In this document: one piece after another, positions 30,556-40,893 of the stretch | Layout: each line of letters begins with the position of its first letter | Numbering within the stretch: position 1 is the first letter of the stretch | Assembly (NCBI GenBank): GCA_041476565.1 | Contig: JBGOTQ010000004.1 | Location: forward strand, 1 to 62,746 | From: Terriglobia bacterium | Lineage (GTDB): Bacteria; Acidobacteriota; Terriglobia; Versatilivoradales; Versatilivoraceae | DNA: 62,746 bases | Reading direction: 5' to 3' | Program-made: the position numbers and the translations under genes | Notes under the pieces: model-generated | What the model saw: only the letters and a program-made list of their open reading frames with translations | The model's database searches: none | Told to the model about the DNA's origin: nothing

Positions 30556-30767
30556 TGAAGAACTACCGTGTCATGGATGGCATCGGCTGGCACCCCACGC
30601 AGAGCGTCCTGGCGCCGATCTTCAAGAATAAGAGAGATGGCTTCCGCCAGACTCTGGCGGCAGTGCTCAACGGTTCGTCCCTGCCCATTGGCTCCTGGAA
30701 TCTCGGGGCAATAACCGATATACCACTTTTCATCCTTCTCGATAATGGCAGTGAATTCATTGTGCAT
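30552..30767 (-). CDS. hicB: Short HicB antitoxin (no DNA-binding domain)
   Basis: CPEIPGANGQGRT..LAEAI; GTGA overlap with hicA. Confidence 0.88.
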   Translation of the reverse strand: MHNEFTAIIEKDEKWYIGYCPEIPGANGQGRTVEHCRQSLAEAISLILEDRRQDALRGVPADAIHDTVVLQ

Positions 30768-31022
30768 GGTTTTCCCCTTCCCCTTTAAGTTTAACCCAAA
30801 CGGGGTAATCAACGAGGAGTAATTTCAACCTGGATACATTGTTTACGAGAAAGAGAAGATGCAACCCAATATCAACCTCAAAACTCGAATGCCCTTTTTT
30901 TTCGCCTATTCGATGTTCCGTTCCGGTTACTGGAACTAATGCGGAATAAGCTCAGCAAGGACATCTTATCGACTGACTCTGTGGGTGGGGTACCAGTCCA
31001 ACGGTCAAAGGGGGAAAACGAC

Positions 31023-31124
31023 ATGGTTAAGTTAGTCATCTGGGTCTGGATGCATTTTTTGGATGAGGTCTTGGGTTATTGGACTTATTTGTTAGGCATT
31101 GCCACCTTTATCGCCTGCCAGTAA
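31023..31124 (+). CDS. Candidate 33-aa hydrophobic small protein
   Basis: AAGGGGG RBS-like sequence; MVKLVIWVWMHFLDEVLGYWTYLLGIATFIACQ. Confidence 0.3.
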   Translation: MVKLVIWVWMHFLDEVLGYWTYLLGIATFIACQ

Positions 31125-31431
31125 CTGGGATTTCGTTTTTTCCGACGATTGATTGGCCAGGCAGCTCATACACCGGATTCTGCCCGGGTCCTCGGACGAG
31201 GATGATTTAATGAATCCGGTGATCAGGCGCCAGAACTAACCCGATCCCCATTGTGGGGCAAGAGTGCTGAACATCAGCGGATTGCAGTACGGGTGAGTGG
31301 AAAGGCCAGAGCTGAGCTATTCTAGCCTTTCAGGTCAGGGTTCCGATGCTCCCCCTCCATTCGTCACTTATGAATGCACTCCTCTATTCATTTGGTAACA
31401 TCCAACGGACGATTCGGAGTTTCCTTATCAG

Positions 31432-32649
31432 CTATTTTCCAAACGCCTCCACCACGGCATTCTTGAAGGCGGGCAGGATTTTGTCTCCGTCTGTGCCGGG
31501 GTAGCCTGCGTGTTGCACCATGAAGATCGTTATGAGCTGGCGCTGCGGGTCGATCTGCATGTTGGTGTTGTAGGCTCCACCGTGGCCGAAGCTGCTACCG
31601 GGCTTCCTGTCCGTGCTCCAGCCGAAGCCGTAAGCCTGCGGTAGGTCGCGCGTCTGGGTAGAAGTCATCTGCCCCACGGCAGCTTCGGAGAGGTAGCGTT
31701 TTCCCCGGTAGACACCCAGGTTGAGAATCATGCGACAAAAAATGGAAAGGTCCCTTGCGGTCGAGAAAAGGCCCCCGGCTGGGGAGGGGCCGCGGTTGCG
31801 ATCTGTGAGCGGATAGGAGAGCTGGTCGATAGGTGTAACCTCCAACCCATTCTTGTCCGCGTTGGGCTTGTACGATTTAGCGAGTCGCCTGACCTGCTTT
31901 TGGCTGGGCCAGAGGGTAGTGTCCGTCATACCAAGCGGTTTGAATAGACGTCTGGCCACGAACTCCTCATACGGCATCCCGCTGACGACTTCGATGATGC
32001 GGCCCGCCGTGTTGATACCGGCGTTGCTGTAATCGTATTTCGTTCCCGGCTCGAAGTTCAAAGGGGTCAATGCATAGCTGATAACAGCCTCGCACAATGA
32101 GAGCCGGTCGATCTTGAGTGCGTCCCCCTTGCGCTCCAACCGGGACGAGAAAGGAAGCCCGCTGGTGTGGGAAAGTATATCTCTCACCGCGATGGAGCGG
32201 GCCGGCTTCTTCAGAAGAACTTGCTCTTTGTCCTGTTCCACTACCAGCCACTGCCCCTTGAACTCAGGTAAATACTTCTCCACCGGGTCATCCACGTTGA
32301 CTTTGCCCTCGTCCACTAACATCATCAGCGCTGTGGCTGTCACCGGTTTGGACTGAGAGGCGATCCAAGAAAGTGCGTCCGTCTTCATCGGTCGCGATGC
32401 GGCGATATCGGCCCAGCCCACTGCTTCCAGGCTGAGGATCTTTTCCTTCGATGCCACCAGCGTCACCGCACCCGCCAGCGTATGGCTATCAACAAACGGC
32501 CGCAAAGCACTGGCAACGCTTTTCGCCGGCTCCGCTGCCGACAGCGGGAGGCCCGCAAGCAGGACCGTGGCTAGCACAGCCGGCAAAAGGCGATGTGGAA
32601 AATACTGTTTGGTTTCTGTCTTTTGCATAAGCGTGTGATTATGGGGCAA
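31432..32649 (-). CDS. Serine hydrolase, beta-lactamase family, secreted
   Basis: SQSK (SxxK), HTSGL, YSN, HGG; signal peptide. Confidence 0.9.
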   Translation of the reverse strand: MPHNHTLMQKTETKQYFPHRLLPAVLATVLLAGLPLSAAEPAKSVASALRPFVDSHTLAGAVTLVASKEKILSLEAVGWADIAASRPMKTDALSWIASQSKPVTATALMMLVDEGKVNVDDPVEKYLPEFKGQWLVVEQDKEQVLLKKPARSIAVRDILSHTSGLPFSSRLERKGDALKIDRLSLCEAVISYALTPLNFEPGTKYDYSNAGINTAGRIIEVVSGMPYEEFVARRLFKPLGMTDTTLWPSQKQVRRLAKSYKPNADKNGLEVTPIDQLSYPLTDRNRGPSPAGGLFSTARDLSIFCRMILNLGVYRGKRYLSEAAVGQMTSTQTRDLPQAYGFGWSTDRKPGSSFGHGGAYNTNMQIDPQRQLITIFMVQHAGYPGTDGDKILPAFKNAVVEAFGK

Positions 32650-32734
32650 GTGTCGTAGAAAACAAGCTTATCCCCTGAGCGGAATATCTATAGGACTTTT
32701 TATCTGCTGGCACAAGCGCAATTAAAGGGAATCG

Positions 32735-32848
32735 GTACTGGGTCAGTTAAACGGGGAATTTTGGAGGGCTGAGCTCCGCAAAGCCGCAGACAACTTGGCA
32801 CACGTGGCCTCGCAGAGCTCGGCCCTCCACTTGTAACTGACCCATTAC
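32735..32848. mobile_element. 114-bp IS66-like MITE with 8-bp target duplication
   Basis: TIR GTACTGGGTCAGTTA / TAACTGACCCATTAC (14/15); GGGAATCG at 32727-32734 and 32849-32856; a further end GTAGCGGGTCAGTTAC follows at 32857. Confidence 0.85.
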
Positions 32849-32997
32849 GGGAATCGGTAGCGGGTCAGTTACAGCATGAGGTGTCTACGGGGAAATCCCG
32901 GGGCCGGACATAAGAGATGATATAGAGACCGGCCTGGTGGTGGCTCGCAGGCAGTCTTAACGGTCCCGCTCACTAGTTGCATGACACAAGCATCGAC

Positions 32998-35457
32998 CTA
33001 TTCGTACCTAAGCGCCACAATGGGGTCCACCTTTGTAGCCCGACGGGCTGGGACGTACGCGGCCGCGAGTGTGACAATGATCAGCACTGCCGGGACCAAA
33101 GCGAAGGTCAAGGAGTCTGTGGGGCTTACGTTGAACAGGAGCGTCTGCATCAAGCGTGTTAGCGCCAAAGCCCCCATAATGCCGCACAGGACACCGACGC
33201 TGGCCAACCGGAATGCACTCCCGGTCACGATCCGGAGTACGTCCGCCCTCGCCGCACCCAGCGCCATCCGGATGCCGATTTCTCTAGTGCGCTGCGCCAC
33301 GCTATACGCCATTACGCCATAGATTCCAATGGCCGCCAGAACCAAAGCTGTCGCGCCGAAGAGGCCGAGCAGGAACATACTGAATCGGGTTCTTGCAAGC
33401 TCAGTGTCTACGATCTGATCCATGGTCTTGATCTCGGAGATCGAAAGTTTCTTGTCCACCGACCAGATCTGGCTCCGAATCGACTTTAGAAGCGCGTTCG
33501 GATCGCCTTTGGTTCGCACCACTAACACAAGCGAGCGCCAGGCATCTTGCCTGTGAGGCACGTATACGGTGTTTCTGATATCTTCTGCGAGTCCGTCATA
33601 CCGCAGGTCATCCACCACGCCCACGATTTCACGGTATTTGTTCTCGTCCCGCCAGGAGCGGATGCGACGGCCAAGTGGCTGCTCACCTGGAAACATCTGC
33701 TGTGCCATCGATTGGCTGATGATGATCGTCGGGGTGGACTCACTCGAGTCACGATCAGTGAAGGCACGTCCTGCAACAATCGGGATCCGCATAGTCTGGA
33801 AGTACTCCGGATGAACCACACTCCATGCTGCAGCTGTATCCGTCGAAGCAGGCGGCTCCGGTTGTCCCTCCTTCAGAAAAACGCGGCCGAGATAGAATCC
33901 TCCGCCACCGACCGGGAGAGAGCTGGTTGCAGATGCTGAGAGGACACCAGGGATACGGCGAGCCGCATCGGTGACTTGTTCGAGCCCTGCAGCAATTTGT
34001 GGCGGCTCCTGATAACGCACGCGCGGCAGAGAAATCTGCATTGTGAGCAGGTTCTTGGTGGGAAAACCGGGATTGACCTGTCGCATCTGGTTGAAACTGC
34101 GGATCAGCAGTCCGGCACCGGTAAGCAGTACAATGGCCATCGCCAGTTCCGAGACGACGAGAAGACTACGAAGCCGGTTGCCGCGCGGGCCTCCCGAAGC
34201 GCCACGGCTCGCGTCATGCAACGACTGCACCGGTACCGAACGGACTGCGTGGATTGCCGGCAGCAGGCCGGCGAGAATGGAGGTTGCCACCGATAGCCCG
34301 GCAGCGAAGCAGAGCACGCTCAAATCGACATGCACGCGGTCCAACTGAGGGACTTCTGGGGGAGCGAAATGAATCAAGGCCTTCAGTCCCCAGTAGCCTG
34401 CCCAAACGCCCGCTGAGCCTCCAGCTGCCGAGAGCAGCGCACTCTCGGTCAGGAGTTGGGCGGTCAGCCTCTTCCAGCTCGCGCCCAATGCGTTTCGAAT
34501 GGCCACTTCCCGTCCCCGGACGGCGCCTTGAATTAGCAACAAGTTGGCTACGTTGACACAAGCGATGAGCAGAACAAACAGGGTTGCCCCAAGAAGGACC
34601 AGTAGAGTCTGTCGCAACGTGGGTCCGATGATATAGGCAGTCAAGGGGTGCAACTTCCAGTTGGTGCCGGCACGGTTGACACTCTGTTGTGCGATTTGTG
34701 TGCCCATAAGCGTTAGCTTGGCCTGCGCCTGCTGTAGCGAAACACCCGACCTCAACCGCGCCAACGCGCCAAAGATGTGGTTATCTCTGCGCAGCAGGTC
34801 CGCATCAGGTGCCATGCCGAGCGGGCGGAAGATTTCGGCCTCAGAGGGCCACGTAGCGTCCTTCTGCGCAATTCCGATCACGGTGAACGGGACGCCGCTC
34901 AACTCAATCCGGCTGCCCACCGTACGGGGGTCCCCTCCAAATCGCCGCATCCAGAAGCCATACGCCAACACAGCTTCCCGATTAGCGCCGGGACGGTTCT
35001 CCTCCGCGGTGAATGTTCGACCGAACAGCAGTGGGCTCCCCATGACGCGAAAATAGTCCTCGTCCACGGCAAGCCCTTTGACCTTTTCCGGTTCTTCGCC
35101 CCCTGTTACATCAGGACTGATCCCATCGAAGGCAGAAACCGCCTCGAAGAGTTCAGGCTGGGCTTTCCAATCGAGAATATCGGCGTAAGCAACACTTCCA
35201 CGATCTGTCTTGAGCCGCTGGAAAATTGTGGCGGGGACGACCAGACGATCAGAGTCGTGGTAGGGCAGTGGCTTCAACAGCAACCCTCCCACCACGCTGA
35301 AGATCGCCGTATTTGCCCCAATGCCCAACCCGAGGGTCAGGATTGCGACGGCGCTAAAGCCGGGGTTTCGGATCAGGAGCCGAGCACCTTGATGGAAGTC
35401 TTGCCAGCGGTTCTCAAACCATTGAATGGTCCACATTTCGTTCCCATCCTTCCTCAA
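32998..35457 (-). CDS. ADOP-type (duplicated MacB/FtsX) ABC permease
   Basis: LGLGIGANTAIFS, LIACVNVANLL, RTREIGIRMALGA, DPIVALRYE; 5' end appears rearranged. Confidence 0.92.
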   Translation of the reverse strand: MRKDGNEMWTIQWFENRWQDFHQGARLLIRNPGFSAVAILTLGLGIGANTAIFSVVGGLLLKPLPYHDSDRLVVPATIFQRLKTDRGSVAYADILDWKAQPELFEAVSAFDGISPDVTGGEEPEKVKGLAVDEDYFRVMGSPLLFGRTFTAEENRPGANREAVLAYGFWMRRFGGDPRTVGSRIELSGVPFTVIGIAQKDATWPSEAEIFRPLGMAPDADLLRRDNHIFGALARLRSGVSLQQAQAKLTLMGTQIAQQSVNRAGTNWKLHPLTAYIIGPTLRQTLLVLLGATLFVLLIACVNVANLLLIQGAVRGREVAIRNALGASWKRLTAQLLTESALLSAAGGSAGVWAGYWGLKALIHFAPPEVPQLDRVHVDLSVLCFAAGLSVATSILAGLLPAIHAVRSVPVQSLHDASRGASGGPRGNRLRSLLVVSELAMAIVLLTGAGLLIRSFNQMRQVNPGFPTKNLLTMQISLPRVRYQEPPQIAAGLEQVTDAARRIPGVLSASATSSLPVGGGGFYLGRVFLKEGQPEPPASTDTAAAWSVVHPEYFQTMRIPIVAGRAFTDRDSSESTPTIIISQSMAQQMFPGEQPLGRRIRSWRDENKYREIVGVVDDLRYDGLAEDIRNTVYVPHRQDAWRSLVLVVRTKGDPNALLKSIRSQIWSVDKKLSISEIKTMDQIVDTELARTRFSMFLLGLFGATALVLAAIGIYGVMAYSVAQRTREIGIRMALGAARADVLRIVTGSAFRLASVGVLCGIMGALALTRLMQTLLFNVSPTDSLTFALVPAVLIIVTLAAAYVPARRATKVDPIVALRYE

Positions 35458-36015
35458 AGGGACGCTCTTTCCAAAGAGCCGTCGCGGCGGATGCCGAGGG
35501 CGAGTGCCAAGTCAGTGCAGGTCATCGAAACACTCCTTTTCGCCATCATTCGAACAGAATCCTTCATGTCCTGCGTAAACAATTCCATGGCACTGACTCC
35601 GTCAGAGTAAGAGAGTCCGGGGTCTCTGACGAGTTAGTGGCACCTGGCGCAAAAAAGTTTCAATGGCCAAGTCCGGTACCATCATGTCCATTTTGTGGCA
35701 TAAATGAAACTACGAGCTTCCAATCCCTTTGTTACCCATATCAGAGTCCTGAATGATGAAAAGATATCTTACAAAAACTCAAAAGCCATCCCTCGCCATA
35801 CCGATAAAGAAATAAAGGCTTTATGTATTCAAAAACAGACTCATACCGGGGGGAGGGAATGATCGAGATTGAGGAACCCATCGCCCCTCGAGACGGCCCT
35901 TCGAAACCTGGTAAGCGGGGACAGGAGTCGAGCAATGGACTTGCTCTATTGACGCAGTAGCGGTCAAGAGGGGATTCCTGCAAGGTAGACCTCTGGACCC
36001 TGGAGGAATGTACAG

Positions 36016-39000
36016 ATGAAAAACACACCAAGCAGGCCAAAGACACTCTCCTGGCTGGCTCTGTCCTTTGGCTTGTTTTCTGTTCTGGATATGACGCCAA
36101 ATGATTTGCCTAAGGGGAGCGAGACCCCCAAATCCTTTTTTGTGCAGGAGGAGGCAGGCGCCCCTCCTTCTAACACAATTGCCATGCCCGTGCTTACATG
36201 GGCGTACGGTGGTTGCTTTTCGAGCTGGTGTCAGACGGGCTGGTATTCCTCACCGGCTGTCGCCGATATTAACGGCGATGGAAAACAGGAAGTCCTGTGG
36301 GGCTCTTACGATCTGGTTGCTGTTTCAGGGGCCGAGGGCAAGCTGGTTTGGCGCGCAAGCAGCGATAATCGCATCTGGCCTGGAGTGGCTATCGCTGATC
36401 TGACCGGGGACGGCACGATCGAGATCATTGTGGGGCGAAGCGGCGGTCTATTGACTGTGTACAATGGCAAAGGGGAGGTGGTGTGGACCGCGACGCCTTT
36501 CAGTGACGGAAGTGAGATTCGCACGCTGGCCGTGGAAGATCTTGATCAGGACGGACAACTTGAGATCATTGTGGGTAAGGCCGGTGAGGGTTCTACACGA
36601 CAGATGAACGTGATCAGGGCCAATGGCACGGTCGAGCCCGGATGGCCTGCCCGGCATGATGGTGAGCCCGGCTACGGATGGGGCATGTACAATCAAAACG
36701 TGGCGGTCGCGGACCTCTATGGCGATGGGCGGAAGGAGGTCATTGGCCCGACGGACACCCATTACATCACGGCGCTCGACAGCCATGGCAACCAGCTCCC
36801 CGTCAATGCGATCTTTGGAGTCGGAAAGGTATGGAGTCAGGTTGGAGTACACGTTCAACACAGCGTGGATCTGAGGGGTTACGCAAACTGCGGCGTTGAG
36901 CATCGACCCAACTTTGCCAACAGTCCTCCGACTATCGCTGATCTCAACGGGGATGGCATCAATGAAATCGTCGTAGTGGGCAATGTGTACAATTGTGGGA
37001 CAGATCCTTATACCAGTCTCTACTACATGCCCTTTATTTTTAGAGCAGACCGCACGCGTTGGAGCGGAAGCGGATTCGACTGGACTTCAATTCCCACTCC
37101 CGGGCCCGGGAGTGCCCCACTTTCAGAAGATTACAATGTCATCGAAACCGCCCAGCCTAACCCTGCCGTAGCTGATCTGGATGGTGATGGCATGAAAGAG
37201 GTTCTATTTGCCTCTTATGACGGCAAGATGCACGCCTATTGGCTTGACAAGACAGAGCATGGCCACTGGCCATACAAAATACCAGGCGATGGCATCCGCT
37301 TTGCCAGTGAACCGGTAATTGCCGACCTGGACAATGACGGACGGGCAGAGGTTCTATTCACCTCATGGCCCGAGAAAGTCGCAGGACGGGTAGGCCAGCT
37401 CCATATTCTCGATTTCAATGGAGATCCACTGCATGTAATCGATTTACCCGCGCCACGAGGTGACAACTGGAACGGCGCTCTGGCAGCTCCTACATTGGCG
37501 GATATTGATGGTGACGGCGAACTCGAGCTGGTCATTAATACAGTAGCCAGTGGTTTGGTGGCTTATGACCTGCCCGGTACGAGCCAGGCCAGAATCCTCT
37601 GGGGCACAGGCCGTGGGAACTTCCAGAGGACTGGAACAGTGCCGACCCTGCAGACCAGAGAGGTCTTTGTGCCTATCATTCTGTCCTCGGCAGGAATGAA
37701 TGGCGCTTTCTTCACCTCAGAGTTGACCCTGACTAATCGCGGGACAGAAAACGCCACGCTTCTCTTCACCTATGCATCAGCCATCGGAAGCGGCAGCGGA
37801 ACAGCCACGGATACCCTCGAGGCCGGACGGCAGCGAATTATGGCCGATGCCATAGCCTATCTGAGATCGCTGGGAATTCCCATTCCAGTGTCCGGCAACC
37901 AGGGAGGAACGCTGCGGGTCAGTTTCATGGGTTTGTCCTCTCCCGCCGATGGGGGGGTAACGGTTCGGACCACTACAGCCGTTCCAGCCGGGCGTGCCGG
38001 ATTGGCCTATGCGGGAATCTCCCCATCGATGGCCATGACCGGCCCGTCCTATATTTGCGGGCTACGCCAAAACCAGACCGACCGCTCCAATGTGGCGATC
38101 CAGAATATTGGTTCTGCCTCCGCCGGCCCTGTCAGGTTAAGATTGACAGCCTTTTCCGGAGACGAAAGCTCCGGTTTTTCACGAGTGTTGCCCGAGCAGA
38201 CCTTGCCGCCGGGTGGTTTTGTTCAGGTTTCAGGCGTCCTGGCATCCAATGGGCTGGCGCTCAGCAATGGCTACGTGCGTGTGGAACGAGTCAGTGGGAC
38301 GGCTCCCTACTATGCTTATGGCGTGATCAATGATCAAGCCAACTCGGATGGGTCATTTATACCTCCCATCCCGCAGAGTGCGCTGGCCGGGAAGACCCGG
38401 CTGACACTGCCCGTCGCGGTTGAGGCCGGGGCCTTCAGTACGGAGTTAGTGATCACCAACTGGTCGACGACCAAAAAAACACTCAGTCTCAGGTACATAA
38501 CAGATACGATTCAGGAACCCAATCAAACGGCCACCTTCACCGTTGACATCAATGCCTCGGCCCAGTTGATCTGGCCGGACCTGGTCCAGCGGCTCAGGGA
38601 TGCTCAAATTGCAGGCATCGGTCCCAGGGGGACAGGCTTTGCCGGGGCGCTGTTTGTGGCGGCGAGCACGGGGGACTTGAACGGCATATCCGTCTCGGCC
38701 CGGACCTCGGCTTCGGGAGATCGCGGGCGTTACGGTTTGTTTTACACTGCCCTGCCGGAAGGGACGAGTTCATCCAGTGAAGCCTGGCTGTACGGATTAC
38801 AGCAGAATGCTGAGAACCGGACTAACCTGGCGCTGGTAAACACGGGCGAGAACGGCACGACGCCGGATACCATCCGCATTGAGCTTTTCGATGGCAACAC
38901 GGGGCAGAAGATCGCAACCGTTGACGATCGTGTCCTCAACGCTCACCAGTGGATACAGATCAGCGCTGTCCTCTCGCAATATGCTCCAGGGGTGACGCAA

Positions 39001-39123
39001 GGCTATGCTCATATCACCCGGACTTCAGGTGTGAATCCCTTTATTGCTTATGCCGTGATCAATGACGGGGGACAAGCCGGCCAGCGCAGCGGCGACGGCG
39101 CATTCCTCTCCAGTTCACAGTGA
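36016..39123 (+). CDS. Secreted FG-GAP/VCBS-repeat beta-propeller protein with duplicated C-terminal beta-sandwich module
   Basis: Eight D(L/I)xxDG Ca-binding repeats; C-terminal repeats RSNVAIQN..AYGVIND and RTNLALVN..AYAVIND. Confidence 0.85.
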   Translation: MKNTPSRPKTLSWLALSFGLFSVLDMTPNDLPKGSETPKSFFVQEEAGAPPSNTIAMPVLTWAYGGCFSSWCQTGWYSSPAVADINGDGKQEVLWGSYDLVAVSGAEGKLVWRASSDNRIWPGVAIADLTGDGTIEIIVGRSGGLLTVYNGKGEVVWTATPFSDGSEIRTLAVEDLDQDGQLEIIVGKAGEGSTRQMNVIRANGTVEPGWPARHDGEPGYGWGMYNQNVAVADLYGDGRKEVIGPTDTHYITALDSHGNQLPVNAIFGVGKVWSQVGVHVQHSVDLRGYANCGVEHRPNFANSPPTIADLNGDGINEIVVVGNVYNCGTDPYTSLYYMPFIFRADRTRWSGSGFDWTSIPTPGPGSAPLSEDYNVIETAQPNPAVADLDGDGMKEVLFASYDGKMHAYWLDKTEHGHWPYKIPGDGIRFASEPVIADLDNDGRAEVLFTSWPEKVAGRVGQLHILDFNGDPLHVIDLPAPRGDNWNGALAAPTLADIDGDGELELVINTVASGLVAYDLPGTSQARILWGTGRGNFQRTGTVPTLQTREVFVPIILSSAGMNGAFFTSELTLTNRGTENATLLFTYASAIGSGSGTATDTLEAGRQRIMADAIAYLRSLGIPIPVSGNQGGTLRVSFMGLSSPADGGVTVRTTTAVPAGRAGLAYAGISPSMAMTGPSYICGLRQNQTDRSNVAIQNIGSASAGPVRLRLTAFSGDESSGFSRVLPEQTLPPGGFVQVSGVLASNGLALSNGYVRVERVSGTAPYYAYGVINDQANSDGSFIPPIPQSALAGKTRLTLPVAVEAGAFSTELVITNWSTTKKTLSLRYITDTIQEPNQTATFTVDINASAQLIWPDLVQRLRDAQIAGIGPRGTGFAGALFVAASTGDLNGISVSARTSASGDRGRYGLFYTALPEGTSSSSEAWLYGLQQNAENRTNLALVNTGENGTTPDTIRIELFDGNTGQKIATVDDRVLNAHQWIQISAVLSQYAPGVTQGYAHITRTSGVNPFIAYAVINDGGQAGQRSGDGAFLSSSQ

Positions 39124-39173
39124 GCGCGGATTCATCAGAGTTTCACATGCGCCGGTTTGGCGCGTATGCGCGG

Positions 39174-39318
39174 ATGAATAAGGCAGGGGTAGCCACGATT
39201 GGTTCGCTTCTTGAATCAATCGTGGGTTTCGCTAACGGATCATGAAAATCCATGGTTACTGCGGGACCTGCGGTCCTCCTGACGCAGTAACCGTGGCTAC
39301 CAAAACTCGACTTTTCAT
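39174..39318. repeat. Double-hairpin repeat, with an inverted copy at 57693-57831
   Basis: GGGGTAGCCACG..CGTGGCTACCAAAACTCG with ATGAA/TTTTCAT ends; both ends are shared with the second copy. Confidence 0.75.
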
Positions 39319-39410
39319 ATAAGGATCCATTTCCCCAGTTCTAGTGGAATTGAATATTCACTCCGGGTTTTGGAACTGGCACATCACAGCAATTCCATAA
39401 TCGTCCGGCT

Positions 39411-40769
39411 TCAGCCCAATGACCATCCTTCTCGGTACTGCTGCTGGAGATACTTCTCCACTTCCGGAGCGTTGGGTATCCGAAGGTTTATTGGATCCCA
39501 CTCGATTTTCTTGCCGGCGCGGTAGGCCACGTTCCCGAGATGATTGGCTTCAGTCAGCGGTCCGGAATAGCCGAAGTGGCAGGTAGTGGGCGTCCCCGTT
39601 TTACAGGCATTGATCCACTCCTCTTGATGACCTATCGAAGGCGGAATCGTTTGAGGCGGCCGCTCATAGCCGGCAAACTCCTTCTCCGGAAGAAGCATAT
39701 GTTTGCCGTAGTCTGACAGCAGCATCCCTTTCTTCCCGATGAAAAGGACACCATTACCCCATTGAGGAATTCCTTTCTCCTTCCAGATCTCAGGCTTCGA
39801 GCTCCCCTGATGCCAGGTCAGAGACAAAGGTGGAAACTCGCCACGAGAACTGTAAGTGTACTTCGCACTCATCGAAGCAGGCGCAATCTCCGGGTGCGGC
39901 GGGGGACCACTGGCTTCAACAGTCAGCGGAGCATCCAGTTTGAGAGCCCAGAAAGGGAGATCGATCCAGTGACTGCCAAGATCGGACATTGTACCGTTGC
40001 CGAAATCCCACCAGCGGTACCATTTCGGTCCCGGGAGGTAAACGTCGTTGTAAGGGCGATACGGCGCCGGGCCTATCCAGAGATCCCAGTCGAGGTCCTC
40101 GGGAACCGGCATGGCTTCCCTGGGCCGATTCTGGACAGACACAATGTCCTTATTGGCCTTGGCCTCCTCTTCAGTCTGCCAGCCCCAGGCTCGAGAAACC
40201 CACACATGCACTTCACTGACCGGCCCGATGGCGCCCGACTGGACAAGTTCCACGACTCGGCGATAGTTGTCGCCTGCATGAATCTGCGTTCCCATCTGCG
40301 TGGCAACGCCGGCTTTCCTGGCGGCTTCAATAACGAGCCTGGCCTCGTGCACATAGTGGGTCAAGGGTTTCTCGCAATACACGTGCTTCTTCATCTCGAG
40401 GGCCGGCAAGGTCGCCACGGCATGCGTGTGCTCGGTCGTACTCACCACCACGGCGTCAATATCATCGGCCTTCGCGTACAAATTCCTGAAATCCTTGTAG
40501 AGACGAGCTTGGGGAAATTTCCGGGCAGCCTGAGCCAGGGCGGCCCTGTTCACATCACACAGAGCGACAACGTTCTCTGCAGCCATCTTCTCCAGGTTGT
40601 CGGCTCCACGTCCACCGGCGCCGATGACGGCAATATTCAGCTTGGAATTGGGTGAGCGCGCGCTGAGAATGGAAGGAAAGCCGACTGTGACCATGCCAGC
40701 CAGAGCACTGTCGTAGATAAACCGCCGACGGTTGATGCTGCCTTCAGATAATCGATTTTGACCAGTCAT
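39411..40769 (-). CDS. Tat-exported Gfo/Idh/MocA oxidoreductase
   Basis: RRRFI signal; IGAGGRG, YCEKPL, DLGSH. Confidence 0.92.
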   Translation of the reverse strand: MTGQNRLSEGSINRRRFIYDSALAGMVTVGFPSILSARSPNSKLNIAVIGAGGRGADNLEKMAAENVVALCDVNRAALAQAARKFPQARLYKDFRNLYAKADDIDAVVVSTTEHTHAVATLPALEMKKHVYCEKPLTHYVHEARLVIEAARKAGVATQMGTQIHAGDNYRRVVELVQSGAIGPVSEVHVWVSRAWGWQTEEEAKANKDIVSVQNRPREAMPVPEDLDWDLWIGPAPYRPYNDVYLPGPKWYRWWDFGNGTMSDLGSHWIDLPFWALKLDAPLTVEASGPPPHPEIAPASMSAKYTYSSRGEFPPLSLTWHQGSSKPEIWKEKGIPQWGNGVLFIGKKGMLLSDYGKHMLLPEKEFAGYERPPQTIPPSIGHQEEWINACKTGTPTTCHFGYSGPLTEANHLGNVAYRAGKKIEWDPINLRIPNAPEVEKYLQQQYREGWSLG

Positions 40770-40893
40770 AGTAGGGGGATCTTATCTTGTGGATTTGTTT
40801 CAATTCAAGCTCAATCCTTCTCATCTGGTATTGGGCCAGTCTGGGGGGGGCTGTAGGGCGGTTGTGTCAACCGCCTAAGCATGCTCCATCCGC

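Noticed and set aside
31290-31372. tRNA-like or riboswitch-like segment
   Set aside because: No proper T-loop, cloverleaf or recognisable aptamer consensus
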